From positions 89,321,691-89,385,690 of the forward strand of contig NC_090387.1 of assembly GCF_036365525.1 (NCBI RefSeq): a stretch of 64,000 nt of DNA. Reading direction: 5' to 3'. The notes under the pieces are model-generated. The model made no database searches. It was not told the DNA's origin and worked only from the letters and a program-made list of their open reading frames with translations. Made by a program: the position numbers and the translations under genes. The stretch comes from Heterodontus francisci (taxonomy: Eukaryota). Positions 23,811 to 37,299 of this stretch are shown piece after piece (position 1 is the stretch's first letter; each line of letters opens with the position of its first letter).

Positions 23811-26800
23811 GATCGTAATATTGCTGATATTATTGCAGAAAACAAAGGTTCATTTTCATTCTCCACTTTAAATGTGCTGTAAATTTCGGTTCTGGACTAA
23901 GGTTTGCACTTCTATTTCCGAATTAATAATGAAACAAGTATATTTCATGGAGTTACGTAGTGTCCTTTATCAGCACAAACGCGAATGCTATTTTGTAAGG
24001 CATGAAACAAGAACTAGAATGTTTGTCTTGTTTTTTTTGTAACAGTAATTAATCGTTCTGGAGAAAATGTACCTGTGGAAAAGAAGCAGATCAATGTTAT
24101 TTTAGTTCACTGATCTTTGTATTCAGTTTCACCGTGTATAATTATCATTTTCATCATTATTGAAAATAACGTTAGCCATTTAAGTGAGCGATGCTTCCAA
24201 ACGACCTTACACAATTTTTGCTCTACCTGTCCAAAATTTTCCGTATTGCGTATATTGACTAGAGTTTTATTCGCGATTTGACACAGCAGTGATTAGTGTT
24301 AGAACAAAGAACAAAGACAATTACAGCACAGGAACAGGCCCTTCGGCCCTCCAAGCCTACGCCGATCCAAATCCTCTAACTAAATCTGTCGCCTGTTTTC
24401 TAACGGTCTGTATCTCTTTGCTTCCTGCCCATTCATGTATCTGTCTAGATACATCTTAAAAGACGCTATCGTGCCCGCTGGCAATGCATTCCATGTACCC
24501 ACCACCCTCTGCGTAAAGAACTTTCCACGCATATCCCCCCTAAACTTTTCCCCTTTCACTTTGAACTCGTCTCCCCTTGTAATTGAAAACCCCACTCTGG
24601 GAAAAAGCTTCTTGCTATCCACCCTGTCTATACCTCTCATGATTTTGTACACCTCAATCAGGTCCCCCCTCAACCTCCGTCTTTCTAATGAAAATAATCC
24701 GAATCTACTCAACCTCTCTTCATAGCTAGCGCCCTCCGTTCCAGGCAACATCCTGGTGAACCTCCTCTGCACCCTCTCCAAAGCATCTACATCCTTTTGG
24801 TAATGTGGCGACCAGAACTGCACGCAGTATTCCAAATATGGCCGAACCAAAGTCCTATACAACTGTAACATGACCTGCCAACTCTTGTACTCAATACCCC
24901 GTCCGATGAAGGAAAGCATGCCGTATGCCTTCTTGACCACTCTATTGACCTGCGTTGCCACCTTCAGGGAACAATGGACCTGAACACCCAAATCTCTCTG
25001 TCCATCAATTTTCCCCAGGACTTTTCCATTTACTGTACAATTCACTCTTGAATTGGATCTTCCAAAATGCATCACCTCGCATTTGCCCTGATTGAACTCC
25101 ATCTGCCATTTCTCTGCCCAACTTTCCAATCTATCTATATTCTGCTGTATTCTCTGACAGTCCCCTTCATTATCTGCTACTCCACCAATCTTCGTGTCGT
25201 CTGCAAACTTGCTAATCAGACCACCTATACTTTCCTCCAAATCATTAATGTGTATCACAAACAACAGTGGTCCCAGCACAGATCCCTGTGGAACACCACT
25301 GGTCGCACGTCTCCATTTTGAGAAACTCCCTTCCACTGCTACTCTCTGTCTCCTGTTGCGCAGCCAGTTCTTTATCCATCTAGCTAGTACACCTTGGACC
25401 CCATGCGCCTTCATTTTCTCCATCAACCTACCATGGGGCACCTTATCAAACACCTTACTGAAGTCCATGTATATGACATCTACAGCCGTTCCCTCATCAA
25501 ACAACTTTGTCACTTCCTCAAAGAATTCTATTAAGTTGGTAAGACATGACCTTCCCTGCACAAAACCATGTTGCCTATCACTGATAAGCCCATTTACTTC
25601 CAAATGGGAATAGATCCTATCCCTCAGTATCTTCTCCAGCAGCTTCCCTACCACTGACGTCAGGCTCACCGGTCTATAATTACCTGGATTATCCCTGCTA
25701 CCCTTCTTAAACAAGGGGACAACATTAGCAATTCTCCAGTCCTCTGGGACCTCTCCTGTGTTTAAGGATGTTGCAAAGATATCTGTTAAGGCCCCAACTA
25801 TTTCCTCTCTCGCTTCCCACAGTAACCTGGGATAGATCCCATCCGGACCTGGGGACTTGTCCACCTTAATGCCTTTTAGAATACCCAACACTTCCTCCCT
25901 CCTTATGCCGACTTGACCTAGAGTAATCAAACATCTGTTCCTAACCTCAACATCCGTCATGTCCCTCTCCTCGGTGAATACCGATGCAAAGTACTCGTTT
26001 AGAATCTCACCAATTTTCTCTGACTCCACGCATAACTTTCCTCCTTTGTCCTTGAGTGGGCCAATCCTTTCTCTAGTTACCCTCTTACTCTTTATATATG
26101 AATAAAAGGCTTTGGGATTTTCCTTAACCCTGTTTGCTAAAGATATTTCATGACCCCTTTTAGCCCTCTTAATTCCTCGTTTCAGATTGCGCCCACAATC
26201 CCGATATTCTTTCAAAGCTTCGTCTTTCTTCAGCCTCCTAGACCTTATGTATGCTTCCTTTTTCCTCTTAGCTAGTCTCACAATTTCACCTGTCATCCAT
26301 GGTTCCCTAATCTTGCCATTTCTACCCCTCATTTTCACAGCAACATGTCTCTCCTGCACGCTAATCATCTTCTCTTTAAAAGCCTCCCATATATCAAATG
26401 TGGATTTACCTTCAAACAGCTGCTCCCAATCTACATTCCCCAGCTCCTGCCGAATTTTGGTATAGGTGGCCTTCCCCCAATTTAGCACTCTTCCTTTAGG
26501 ACCACTCTCGTCTTTGTCCATGAGTATTCTAAAACTTACGGAATTGTGATCACTGTTCCCAAAGTAGTCCCCTACTGAAACGTCAACCACCTGGCCCGGC
26601 TCATTCCCCAACACCAGGTCCAGTATGGCCCCTTCCCGAGTTGGACTATTTACATACTGCTCTAGAAAACCCTCCTGGATGCTCCTTACAAATTCTGCTC
26701 CATCTACACCTCTAACACTAAGTGAATCCCAGTCAATGTTGGGAAAATTAAAATCTCCTATCACCACCACCCTGTTGCTCCTACATCTTTCCATAATCTG

Positions 26801-27690
26801 TTTACATATTTGTACCTCTATCTCACGCTCGCTGTTGGGTGGCCTGTAGTACAGCCCCAACATTGTTACTGCACCCTTCCTATTTCTGAGTTCTGCCCAT
26901 ATTGCCTCACAGCTCGAGTCCTCCATAGTGCCTTCCTTCAGCACAGCTGTGATATCCTCTTTGACCAGTAATGCACTGCTCCACCCCTTTTACCTCCCTC
27001 TCTATCCCGCCTGAAGCATCGGTATCTTGGGATATTTAGTTGCCAATTATGCCCTTCCCTTAACCAATGTTGGTATCATTAGCAAGACATTTGAACATTC
27101 ACAACACGCACACTCCCGCTAGTAGTATACAGATTAGATTATCCACCAATGGTTACAATTTTAAATTAAAACTATTTTTGGGATTCCGTAACATCTCAAC
27201 AAACCGACGCCATTCTTGTCCAAATCTAGAAAATTATTTCGAAATACTATAATCAATATCGAAGGAGACAGAGCGATTACAATTACACAATAAAGATTGT
27301 AGAAATATTTTACGTTTTCGCTTTTATACTTAATTTCTTCCTGCTATGAATTATTTTAATTTATGGCCATTTAAGGTTGGTGAAAAATATAATGTGTAAC
27401 AAAAAATCGCATGAGTAATCATATAATATTTTTGGTTGGTAATACAGTTTTTTCAACATTTCTGCAAGGTTGTGACGAGTTATCAGAACCACTAGGATTT
27501 ATCAAAGAACCGTCAGATATTGCACCCGCAATACAGTCTGATACTGACACCGATGATAATATTCGCAACGGGGGTCAAGAGATTACAATGACGCCGACTA
27601 GCGTTTAGGAATAAGGCATCGCATCTTATCACTTCAACAATCCTGTGCACACTTAATGTGTTTTTAACAGACACTGGATAAAGTATGCGA
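23770..27690 (-). repeat. Copy 2 of the inverted duplication (23770-24300 plus 27062-27690), split by a young CR1
   Basis: Both flanks of the CR1 continue the alignment to 6365-7510 in reverse orientation. Confidence 0.8.
24301..27062 (-). mobile_element. Young 5'-truncated CR1 LINE with an uninterrupted 854-aa ORF2 segment (partial APE endonuclease plus RT)
   Basis: ORF 24380-26944 contains YYRPPNS, GDFN, SDHN, QHGF, GVPQGSVLGP and FADD. 3' tail (TTCTTTG)n at about 24301-24317. Confidence 0.97.
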
Positions 27691-29264
27691 GAAAACTAAG
27701 TGTCTGTCAGATTTTTATTAGAGAGGGGGGATTTAGAATCAGCGTCCAGACTTGTAATATTGAGTTAAACTTTTCTCACCATCCTGCAAACCATACACAT
27801 GTTCGGGTTGATGTCCAAAACTAAAGTGTTGAACAACAAAAGAATATTCGTCAAGTAACAATTTCACAATCTGTAATGAAATCAATTGACATGTAAATCT
27901 AATGCATTGTACTCGTGATATTACATACACACAGCGGGCAGAATTTTACCGGCCCCTCCTGCGGAGGTGCACCAATCCCACCCCATCCCCCCTCCCCCGC
28001 CGCTCGGGGGCGGCACCCAATTAAAAAACGGCACTTACCTCTGCAGATTCTGCAACCCGCCGCCTCTCCTGCGCACTTCCTGATTTTACTTCGAACAAGC
28101 GGCCGTCACGTGCCGTTCCGTTCACGAACAGAAAAGCGGCGGGTCGTCAAAGGCAGAATGTTTCGCGACGGGCGGTAAGTTCGGTTTCAGGGGTCTGACT
28201 CTGCATGCTGGAAGGGGGGAGGGAGGGGAGATGCTCAGGAGTCTCACTCTGCATACTGGAAGAGAGCAGGGAGGGGATGCACAGGGGTATCACTCTACAT
28301 GCTGGAAGGAAGTTGCTGTGTACCCTCCCTCCGTAAACGGTGTACCCTCTCCATGTGTTTGTGTTTGAGCAAGAGAAAAGGCACTCCAGTCGCCCAGTGT
28401 TTGGGGAGGGTGCTACAAAGGGCAGGAGCGTTAAGGTTATAAGGATGGTGGGGAAAATCGCTGCAACTGGTAGGATCTTGATGTGGCCATGCTGTGCCTC
28501 TCTCAGTGTTGGCCAAGATGGGCGATCTCCTCTTTGTTAACATATATATGTCAAACGCTCTGCTCGATTGGGCTGACCGACATTTAGTTTTGGTGTTCGC
28601 AAGTTCTTCTCTTACTTCAAACATCAAAATACTCACCGGGTCCACGTTTAACCAGTGTTTAAAATTTGCAAAAACAACTGTTACCTTCACTTTGTTAGAT
28701 ATATTTGATTTAAAATATTTTCAAAATAATTATGTGAGAGACCTCGGCCGGTTCCCCACGGTTTTCTAAACAGGTAGGTTTGGTAAGTCTGAGCTGCTAG
28801 GCCTAGAGAGATTCGGCATTGTTCTTTCGCAACTTCCTCGTTCTTGATAGGACCACAAACAATAATTCTACCATGAGTATTTGTATAACAATTCCTTTTA
28901 GAACACCGCTGTCCAACATACTGCCCGCGGGACAGGATCCGGCCGCCACAATTGTCCAACGGGACCATGGATGCATTTCAGAGACGAGAAATTTCCCGTT
29001 GTCTTTCTTCAGACTGGATTTTTTATAAATAAAATCGCGCTTTCAGTTTCACAGCTGGCAGCTACTGGGCGCGAGAACAGCGGCAGAGTGCAACTTTGTT
29101 TTAAAAGGCCGCATATCACCCTGAGCTGTGTGAAGTTGGAAAACCGCTGTTCCCGATGACAGCAGCTATCAGCTGTTATCTTGACTTGCGGCTTTCAAAC
29201 AAACTGACCAACCACAAAGCAGGGGAGCTCAAAGATCCCGCTCCCTGCAACTGTCAGGGAGAAA

Positions 29265-29605
29265 GAGAGAGAGCGAGAGAGGTGGAACAGAGAGAGAGAG
29301 GAATCGGGAGAGAACAAAGAGAGGGGAACAGAGTGAGAGGGGCAACAGAGAGGGGGAACAGACAGAAGGGGAAGAGCGAGAGGGACCAGAGATAAAGGGA
29401 CAGAGAGAGGGAGAACAAAGAGAGAGAAGGGACAGAGAGAAAAGGCGCAGAGAGAAAGGGGCCAGAGAGAGAAAGAGGGTGGAAAGAGAGAGGGGGACAC
29501 AGAGAGCGAGGACTACATGGGTGGTGAACAACAGAGGGGGGGGGGGGGGGGGGAACACAGAGAGGGAAACAGAGACAGAGAGAAAGAGAGGGGCAGAGAG
29601 TGATC
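29265..29605 (+). repeat. GA-rich purine low-complexity tract including a poly-G run
   Basis: Imperfect (GAGAGAGGGAACA)-like units; G run at about 29536-29553. Confidence 0.9.
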
Positions 29606-30857
29606 AAGACCATTCCTGATAGATGGAGACCTATCTGGAATACTGCGCATTGCTACAAGAAGTGCGCAGGCAAACATTGACTACTGCACAAGCAAAAAAA
29701 AAGTCGTCTGTCACTAAATTTGTGTCTATTGTACTGACAAGAAAGTGATTCAATAATTAATCTTGTCATTGCAAGCTTCTTCACAAAAATGCACCTTCAT
29801 TGCAGTTTGGATCAAAAGCGAAATACATTTTAATGCCTTTATCTTCCTGAAATTGTCTCACTGCGCCCCCATTTAAAACAAAAAAAAACTGTACTGTAGT
29901 CCCCACGCCAAAAGGTTGGACAACCCTATTGTTATAAATTCGATTTTCGCATTTCACTATGCCGCGACATCCATGGTTTCATCAAACAACGGTGCGATCC
30001 TATCTCTCGGTTATATCAATGTAGGTTTACAATTGTGCAACCAAATACGTGTTTAAGATCATGTTCACTAAGGTGTAACGGATCGGCTATAAATACACTG
30101 TTGAGTACACAATAGGCAGGCTCACAGACTCAGGACAAAGCAAATCCTTAACTATTTCTATAGAATTCCTGCTCCAAGATATTAATCATTATTACAATTC
30201 TGCATATTTTACGGCTGCCATTTACAGTGAACTCTCCAAAGTCTGATCGGAGCAGACTTTAGGATTAATTTCACAGGTGAACAGATCCATAGAATAAAGC
30301 GGTGTAAGTATTTCCATGGCATATGTGTCTATGGATACAAGGGACACATTGCTGTAAATTTATTCTGCTTAGTATTTCTTTGGAAATGGGTTCCTTACTG
30401 CTTTTTCTAGAAATACCAAGCAGGCGAAAACTTCAAAAATATCTTCACTGTGTCGATACACAAAGGAAGTCTTGGTCACAGGTGTTTAAAAAGGACAACT
30501 AATTAGTATTATGGGGGCAAATGTTCAAATGCTGTCGCTATGGTAACGGTTTAACTTCAGATCTATTCCCCAAATACCCGAGGGATGAGCACATAGACGA
30601 ACGTCATTCTGTCCATATAGACCATCCTTCAAGAGAAATACATTGCTCCCACAACATACCATGCAATTACCTTTCGAATATCATTAGAATATTATTCGAC
30701 ACGTCCATAACAGTTATTAATTAATTTGTGCAATACACTTCTTACCAAAAGAAGTCATCAACTTGTCTTCAGACAGTCTGTCCGGCGCCTTGTCCCTTTC
30801 ATTGTTGGTTAATTGTACAGGGGAAACTTTTTGCCACTTATTTTCTTATATCCTATT

Positions 30858-31930
30858 ATGATGTATTATGTTTCTGTTGCCCATTATTGCTTTGCAATAA
30901 TTGGACAAGGTAAGCCGAGAGGGTGCCTCACTCCCCTTAACCTAACCATGCACATAAGATTTTTGGCTACAAAAGCAGCTCTGAGGCTTGGTATTCTGTG
31001 GCGGTTGACTCAACTCCTGACTCCCAAAGCCTTTCCACCAACTACAAAGCACATGTCAAGAGTGTGGTGGAATCCACTCCACTTGCTTAGATGAGTGCAG
31101 TTCCATGAATACTCAAGCCGCTGAACACCATCTAAAACAGAACAACTGCTTGATCTGCACCCCATTTATGACCTTAAACATTCACACCCTCTACCACCGG
31201 CACACCATTACTTCAATGAGTACCATTTACAAGATACACTGCAGAAACTCGCCAAGGCTTCTTCGAAAGTACCTCCCAAACCCGAAACCACCAATAAGGA
31301 AGGCTGCAGCAGGTACACTGTAACACAATCACGTACAAGTTCCTCTTCAATCAACACACCATCCTGACTTGGAAATGTTTGGATGTTTCTTCAACGTCCC
31401 TGGGTCACAATTCTGGAACATCCTCCAAAGAGCACTCTGCCGTATCTACACTATAGGGGCTGTAGGGGTTTAAGACGGCGGTTCACCAGCACCTTTGCAA
31501 GGGCAATTAGGGATGGACAATAAATACTTGCATTACCAGCGACGCCCACGTCCTATGAACGAATTAAAACGTATCAGTCGGTTGACCCCCATATTCTAAG
31601 CCATCCGTTAGTAATGTTTCATTTTCATCAGACATGTAACCACATGAATTTCTCTTAATTCAAGTTTGCTTCCAGAACTCTATTCCATAATATCTGAGCT
31701 AGATCGTCGATATGCACTCCCACACCCTTTCCAAACTTAACTGTAGTTTAACATGCCTACCTGTTACTCTTGTTCTCTATTGTAGATAAAAATGAATGAA
31801 AACTTGCCAATATCATATGTCCAGCACCAACCACTGGACAAGTGCTACAAGATTCTTTCACATCCTTTTTCAACTGGCTCCCAGGATACCAATTGTATTA
31901 AGTCTGCGTGACAGCGTTAACAGAAATCTT
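30858..31930 (+). pseudogene. Possible decayed gene: leader-like exon plus cbEGF-like exon
   Basis: 30858-30909 reads MMYYVSVAHYCFAIIGQ with donor AAG|GTAAGC. An exon from 31786 reads DKNE*KLANIICPAPTTGQVLQDSFTSFFNWLPGYQLY*VC. Confidence 0.3.
30960..31570 (+). mobile_element. LINE family B (CR1/L2 group) 3' fragment
   Basis: Homologous to 58730-59335 and 60830-61540, with the shared tail GGGCAATTAGGGATGG...CCAGCGACGCCCAC. Confidence 0.8.
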
Positions 31931-33337
31931 GGTTTACGTTGATGAATGTATTACACATTCACTTTTTAGATAGAAAGTTGCACAGTAATTCGTGAGGCAG
32001 GTTTTTTTTTAATCGTTCAAGGTATGTGGACGTCACCGGCTAGGATAGCATTATTGCCTATCCCAAGTTGCCCTTGAGAATCTGCTCTGTAAAGTCCATT
32101 TGACCTGTAAAAAGCAATGTTATTTTCAATAGATGCCTTTTCGAAACGGTGGATTCCATGACATACTGATCTCCGATGTCGAATCTAGTAGGGGCTGTAT
32201 TCCGTTGTTGAAAAACATAGGGGCTTGTTCCTACATTATCATATGTCTCACGATGAGTCTAAATACTTCATATTCATCGTCCTAAATTTAGCTTCCTAAT
32301 ATAAGTTGCATAGGTATAAATGTTCTTGTGTGATAACGGCGTCGTATCGTATCACATTAAAGCATTTTCGCTCAGTAAATCATATGTGTTGAAAAACTAT
32401 GTTCACAGTGTAATAACTATTCAACTTTAATGTTTCATAGAAACGTTTCGCTTTTTTTAGTTTGCAGCTGAAGTAAGTCGTACCTGGCACCATAACGAGG
32501 AGTATTGCTAAGTACAGATGGCCGTTATATGGAATAAGTTTCTTATTTTACCAGTAATTGAGCCATTTACTTACGTCTGCTCTCCAATGATTCACGCAGT
32601 GGCTTTAAGTCACTTGATTGCAACATCAGAGAACCACAACAAGTTGTTGCAAAAGTTTAATTGCTACAAATTATACGCATCGTGTTTCGCAATACACACT
32701 GATAGATCTGAAGAACTCATATATAATACATTATTCACCTACTGTGCAACACACCACTCCTCACACTACCAGTAGCACAGACTTAAACATTTAATGTCTG
32801 CATTCTAGTTCTTCTTAAGCTCCCTTTATTTTTTCAGTCTTGGTTCTGAAGGTGCAACAGATTATTGAGAAGTTTACGTTTCTGAATGTTTTACTCATGA
32901 CTGGGAAAATAGCTATATATTGCTATTTAGTTTTTATTTAGGAATATCTCATCGCTCCAGTGCTAACTTACATAGATTCCTTTAACTAAACAGAGTTCTC
33001 TTTCCTGCTATATACTTCCAGAGAAGGCTTGAAAAATATAGTATGTTTCGGTTCGTTAACAAATAGAATGAATGAACATACCATAAGTCAAGAAAACTCG
33101 CTTCGTCATTAAGTGTAACACATGCTGAGTATGGGTGTCGATTAAGGAAGTATCGATTGGGAGTCAGCAGAAAAGAACACGCCCTCCATATCGAAGCAAA
33201 TTCACAGTTTGTATTATTGTGACCAAATTGTGTCATTTAAGGTTACAAAACTGTTCCATTTTGTATCAATTTTATAAATAAATGGACTCTTCCTTTACTC
33301 TAACAGTTTCATCGCTGCAAGGCAGTGTGTGTTTATA

Positions 33338-35875
33338 CATAGAAATATAGAAAATAGGAGCAGGAGTAGGCCATTCGGCCCTTAGAACCTGCTTCGCCAT
33401 TCATTATGATCATGACTGATCATCCAACTCAGTAGCCTGTTCCCGCTTTCGCCCCATACCCTTTGATCCTTTTAGACCCAAGAGCTATATCGAACTCCTT
33501 CTTGAAAACATACAATGTTTTGGCCTCAACTGCTTTCTGTGGCAGCGAACTCCACAGAGTCACCACACTCTGGGTGAAGACATTTCTCCTCATCTCAGTC
33601 CTGAATGGTTTACCCCGTATCCTTAGTCTATGACCCCTGGTTCTGGACTCCCCCACCATCGGGAATATCCTTCCTGCATCTACCCTGTCAAGTCCTGTTA
33701 GAGTTTGATTATGAGATCCCCCCTCACTCTTCTGAATTCCAGCGAATATAACCCTAACCGACTCAATCTTTCCTCATACGTCAGTCCCACCATCTCAGCA
33801 ATCAGTCTGGTAAACCTTCGCTGCACTCCCTCTATAGCAAGAACATCCTTCCTCTTATAAGGAGACCAAAACAGCACACAATATTCCAGGTGTGGCCTCA
33901 CCAAGACCCTGTATAATTGCAGTGAGACATCCCTGCTCCTGTACTCGAATCATCTCGCTGTGAAGGCCAACATACCATTTGTCTTTTTTACCGCCTGTTG
34001 CACCTGCATGCTTACCTTCGTGACTGGTGTACGACAACACCCAGGTCTCGCTGCATATTCCCCTCTCTCAGTTTATAGCCGTTCAGATAATAATCTGCCT
34101 TCCTGTTTTTGCTACCAAAGTGGATAAGCTCACACTTATCCACATGCTATTGCATCTGCCATGCATTAGCCCACTCACTAAACTTGTCCAAATCACCCTG
34201 AAGCCTCTCTGCATCCTTCTCACAACTCACCCTCCCACCCAGTTTTGTGTCATCTGCAAATTTGGAGACATTACATTTAGTTCCCTCATCTTAATCATTA
34301 ATATATCTTGTGAATAGTTGGGGTCCTAGCAACAATCCCTGCGGTACTCCACTAGTCATTGCCTCCCAGTCGGAAAAAGACCCATTTATCCCTATTCTTT
34401 GTTTACTGCCCACCAACCAATTTTCTATCCTTCGCAATACACTATGCCCAATCCTATGCGCTTTAATTTTACATGCTAATCTCTTATGTTGGACTTTGTC
34501 GAAAGCCTTCTGAAAGTCCAAATAAACCACATCCACTGGCTCCCCCTCATCAACTCTACTAGTTGCATCCTCGAAGAATTCTAGTAGATTTGACAAGCAT
34601 GATTTCCCTTTCGTAAATCCATGCTGATTCTGCCCGATTCTACCACTGTTCTCTCAGTGCTGTGCTATAAAATCTTTGATAATGGACTCTAGAATTTTCC
34701 CCACTACCGACGTCAGGCTGACTGGTCTATAATCCCATGCTTTCTCTCCACCTCCCTTGTTAAATAGTGGGGTTACATTAGCTACCCTCCAATCCGTAGG
34801 AACTTTTCCAGATTCTGTAGAATATTGGAAGATGACCACCAATGCATCCACTATTTCTAGGGCCACTTCCTTAAGTACACTGAGATGCAAACCATCAGGC
34901 CCTGGGGATTTATCAGCCTTCAATCCCATCAATTTCCCCAACACCATTTCTCTACTAGTACTGATTTCCTTCAGTTCCTTTCTCCCACTAAGCTCTGTGT
35001 TCCCCAACATTTCTAGTATGGTTTTTGTGTCCTCCTTTGTGAAGACAGAACCAAAGTATGCATTTAATTGGTCAGCCATTTCTTTGTTCCCCATAGCAAA
35101 TTCCTGTTTCTGACTGCAAGGGACCTACATTTGTCTTAACCAATCTTTTTCTCTTCACATACCTATAGAAACTTTTACAGTCAATTATTGTGTTCCCCGC
35201 AGGCATGCTCTCATACTCTATTTTTCCATTCTTAATCAATCCCTTGGTTGTCTTTGCTGAATTCTAAACTCCTCCCAATCCTCAGGACTTTTGTTTGCTT
35301 TTTTTTCTGGCAGATTTATATGCATCTTCATTGGATCTAATGCTATCTCTAATTTCCCCTGTAAGCCACGGTTTGGCTACCTTCCCCATTTTTATTTTTG
35401 CGACAGACATGGATAAACAATAAGTGCAGTTCATCCATGTGCTCTTAAAATGTTTGCCATTGCCTATCCCCCGTCATCCCTTTAAGTAACATTTCCCAAT
35501 CCGTCATAGCCAACTCGCACCTCATACCTTCGTAGTTTCCTTTACTAAGATTCAGGACCCCAGTCTCAGAATCATCTATGTCACGTTCCATCTTGAAGAA
35601 TTCTATCATATTATGGTCTCTCATCCCCAAGGGATCTCGCACCACTAGATTGTCAATTATTCCTCTCTCATTACACAATACGCAGTCTAGGATGGCCTGT
35701 CCTCTAGTTGGTTCCTCAACGTATTGGTCCAGAAAATCATCCCGTATATACTCCAAGAATTTCTCCTCTACAGTGTTGTGACTAATTTGATTTGCCCAAT
35801 CAATATGCAGATTAAAGTCACCCATAATTACAGATGTTCCTTTATCGCATGCGTCTCTAATTTCCTGTTTAATGT
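33338..35875 (-). mobile_element. CR1 LINE (different subfamily), fragmented ORF2 and 3' tail
   Basis: ORFs 35445-35945 (GDFNLHIDW), 34654-35094, 34291-34596 (YLDFQKAFD), 33698-33904 and 33429-33659; tail CATAGAAA at 33338. Confidence 0.92.
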
Positions 35876-37297
35876 ATGTGAGGCAAGGGACGAGATAGCA
35901 GGTGCTCTGACACAAATTTTCAAATCCTCTCTGGCCACAGGACATGTACTATAGGATTGGAGGACAACAAATGTGGTACCAATATTCAAGAAGGGCAGCA
36001 GGTATAAACCAGGTAATCATATGACGGCAAGTCTAACACCAGTGATTGGGAAACTATTGGAAAAAATTCTGAGGGACAGGATTAATCTTCACTTGGAGAG
36101 GCAGGGATTAATCAGGAATAGGGGGAGATCGTGTCTAACTAACTTGATTGAATTTTTTGATGCAGTGATTAGACGCATAGTTGAGCGTAAAGCGTTTGAT
36201 GTAGTTTTCATGGACTTCAGCAAGGCTTTTGTAAAGGCCCCGTCTGGGAGATTGTTTAAAAAGGCAAGAGCCCATGGGATCCAGGGTAATTTGGCAAATG
36301 CGATGCAAAATTGTCTTAGTGGCAGGAGGCATAGGGTGATGGTCAAGGGTTGTTTTTGCGAGTGGAAGCCTGTGACCAGTGGTGTACCACGGGGATCAGT
36401 GCTGGAACTCTTTCTGTGTGTCGTGTACAGTAATGATTTAGATGTGAATAATAAAGATATGATCAGTAAGTTCACAGATGTCACGAAAATTGTTGATGGA
36501 AAGAATGAACAGGAAATCCTTAGATTACAGGACGATTATAGATGGGCTGGTGAGATAGGTGGAGCAGTGACAAATGGAATTTAATCCTGAGAAGTGTGAG
36601 GTGATGCATTTTGGGAGGACTAACAAGGCAAGGGAATAATACAATGAATGGTGGAATCCTAGGAAGTACAGAGGGTCAGAGGGACCTTGGTGCACTTGTC
36701 CATAGATTACTGAAGGCAGCAGCGCAGACAGATAAGGTGGTTAGGAAGGCATAATGGAATACTTGCCTTTATTAGCCGAGGCATATAAGAGCAGGAAGGT
36801 TATGATGGAGCTAGTAAAAAGCGCTAGTTAGGCCACAGCTGGAGTACTATGTACAGTTCTAGGCACCACACTATATGGAGGATGCGATTGCACTGAAGAG
36901 GGTGCAGGGGAGATTCACCAGGATGCTGGCTGGGCTGGAGCATGTCAGCTATGAAGAGAGACTGGATAGGATAGGATTGTTTTCCTTAGAGCAGAGAAGG
37001 CTGAAGGGGAACATGATTGAGGTATACAAAATTATGAGGGGCATTGATAGGTTAAATAGAAATAAACTTTTTCTCTTAGCGGAGGGGTCAATAACCAGGG
37101 GGTGATAGATTTAAGGTAAGGGGCAGGAGGTGGTAGAGGCAGTAACATTCATAACGTTTAAGAAGTATTTAGATGAGCACTTGAAACGCCACAGCATACA
37201 AGGCTACCGGTCAAGTGCTGGAAAATGGGATTAGAATAGTGTTTGATGGTCGGCGCAGACACGATGGGCCGAAGGGCCTGTTTCTGTGCTGTATATG
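35876..37297 (+). mobile_element. CR1/HER1 LINE RT and 3' end, degraded
   Basis: ORFs 35973-36584 (FMDFSKAF, GVPRGSVL) and 36875-37105; tail GGGCCGAAGGGCCTGTTTCTGTGCTG at about 37266-37291. Confidence 0.9.
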
Positions 37298-37299
37298 TG

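Noticed and set aside
29156-29613. Overlapping Leu/Ser-rich and Arg/Glu-rich ORFs
   Set aside because: They are translations of the GA-rich simple repeat.
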